DNA from: Toensbergia leucococca
Lineage: Eukaryota
Direction of reading: 5' to 3'
Length of the DNA: 52,323 nt
Assembly (NCBI GenBank): GCA_022813965.1
Contig: JALDZS010000165.1
Span: 1 to 52,323, forward strand
A model generated the notes under the pieces. That model ran no database searches. It had not been told where the DNA came from and worked only from the letters and a program-made list of their open reading frames with translations. Made by a program: the position numbers and the translations under genes. Of the stretch, positions 50,543 to 52,323 are shown in pieces. How positions within the stretch are numbered: the first letter of the stretch is position 1; each line of letters opens with the position of its first letter.

Positions 50543-51906
50543 ATGAATCTGTCATCCTCAGTACCCCAACCTCCAGAAGAGTTGGCAAATAGCATCAAAG
50601 ACACTACACGGTGCAACGGACGCCTTATTGCTCTTCGCACGAGAGCCGAAGTAGATGCATCTCTTACAATTGTAGATGCATACACTGTGGAAATCCCCCA
50701 GAAATCCGCCAACCGCGCATTGAAGTGGGTCGGCATGGCAAGGCCAGCTGAACCAGGACTGACTGGCATCCTAGAGCTCTCGAAGATGCCATACCGGCCA
50801 AAGACACGGTGAACTTGCAGCATTTACGACGATTTGCCAAACCAGAGCATCTGCCTCCACAGTTCAAGAATGCTTCTCTTTGCGACAACATTGAATCTCG
50901 GTCTCAATCATCTTCAACACAACCCCAAGAGGAAGGAAATGTCCCAAATGGCGATTTGCAAGGGGACAGAAACGCAGCAAAGGATGATTCCCCATCGACA
51001 CTACATCTCCTAATCTGCGCTGCATCAATCTTACCCTACGAGCACGCTCTGAAGATAATCCTTTCAACCTCGCCCTTCAATTGCAATAGCCACACTCCCC
51101 ACCTCCGCACTATACCCATCCCTCTCTTTCCCCCCACCTCCGAAGCCCAAGCAAAGCAATGGTCCGAAACCTATTGGCCGACAGTCTACAAGAAAAACAA
51201 CCCCTTCGGTCCACATCCTAGTCTTGTCTCTCGCGCAGAAGATGAGATTCGGCCGTTGGCAGGAGAATGGATGGCCTTGGCAAGGCGGGCAGGCATAGAT
51301 ACTTGGACTAGTTCCATTGGAGAACCAATTGGGGCAGTCATCGTCGATCCCCATGCCATAGGTGGACCCTCCGCCATAGTCATTGCCGGCGACGCGCGAT
51401 GGAAAGGCTCTACCAGTCCACAGCGATCGGGAGGCGGAAACATAATGGCTCACGCAACTATGAGAGCTATCAGTCTAGTCGCTAAGAAAAGACTTGCCAT
51501 GCTCCGCGACCCGCCCGTTCCAGACAACACGAGCCTCTTCGCCGACTACCCTCTTACTCCCATAGAAACAGCAATGTACTCTCAAAATAATTTAGCAGCA
51601 GGCGGCTACCTCTGTCTGGATCTAGAAATGTACACCACCCACGAACCTTGTATAATGTGCTCCATGGCCCTTTTGCACTCCCGCTTCAGCAAAGTCGTCT
51701 TCCAAACCCGCATGCCACATACAGGAGGCTTGGCCTCTGAGGTCGTCCCCGCAGAGACAGGCTCCGGTTCTGCCGATATTCCAACTGGCGGATTAGGCTA
51801 CGGGCTCTTTTGGCGCCCGGAGCTGAATTGGAAGCTCCTTGCTTGGCAGTGGGTGGACGAGGAGCCGCTTGAAATGGACTTGGATTGCGCTAATGTGCAT
51901 GCTTGA
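50543..51906 (+). CDS. TAD3: tRNA adenosine-34 deaminase non-catalytic subunit Tad3; intron ~50725-50774
   Basis: LQHLRRFAK, WSETYWPT, HATMRAI (no catalytic Glu), GYLCLDL, THEPCIMCSMALLHSRF, LFWRPELNWK. Confidence 0.93.
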
Positions 51907-52323
51907 GCTCGGGGCTACGACTTTTGCGCACCCCCGCCCGCCTTCCTGCCCGCCCCCCCTCCCCGGCCCCCAATCTTCTCCCTGTCTTCAATGTATCTCT
52001 TTGTGAGGATGCTAGGGTATAAGCTATTGAGAAAAGAAGGTGGTTTGCAGGGTAGGGGTGGAGGCGGAGGGGCCGGGATGGAAGGGAGGGGGTCAAGATA
52101 GGAGTCAGAACTAGGGTTGACCAAGAGTGAGGAGTAAATTGATTTGTTTTCCCGGCTGGGAGGGGAAAACCGCTCAGCGAGGTAGGAACGAGAAACATGG
52201 CGGAAACGAAACGGTCAATGAAAATTAAATAGGCCCTTCTCGCCCTGATTCTCTCGCGCCAACTCCCTCAAATCCACCACCGCCCCCGTCCTCGCCACCT
52301 CCTCAACATCCTTCTTGCGCAGG

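Overview
This is eukaryotic DNA from a filamentous ascomycete (Pezizomycotina), with short spliceosomal introns carrying CTAAC/CTGAC branch sites. The first ~28 kb is largely accessory. It holds a pogo/Tc5-type transposase relic decayed by transitions, a DUF6594 membrane-protein gene, a 7-repeat PLL-like beta-propeller lectin and a NACHT-ankyrin NLR pseudogene with five lesions. It also holds two TPR-like genes with single lesions, a 14-bp minisatellite and a 156-bp TA-flanked MITE, interspersed with intact genes (delta-12 desaturase, cyclase-family hydrolase, HD hydrolase). The remaining ~24 kb is core: veA, a low-complexity protein, TRS130, an Mga2/Spt23 homolog, an omega-like GST and TAD3. 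The most notable observations are (1) a RIP-like signature that appears CpC- rather than CpA-biased, (2) repeated abrupt C-rich to G-rich strand-skew switches, some inside coding sequence, and (3) a candidate non-self-recognition cluster (DUF6594 + lectin + NLR). All calls were made by eye and no searches were run.
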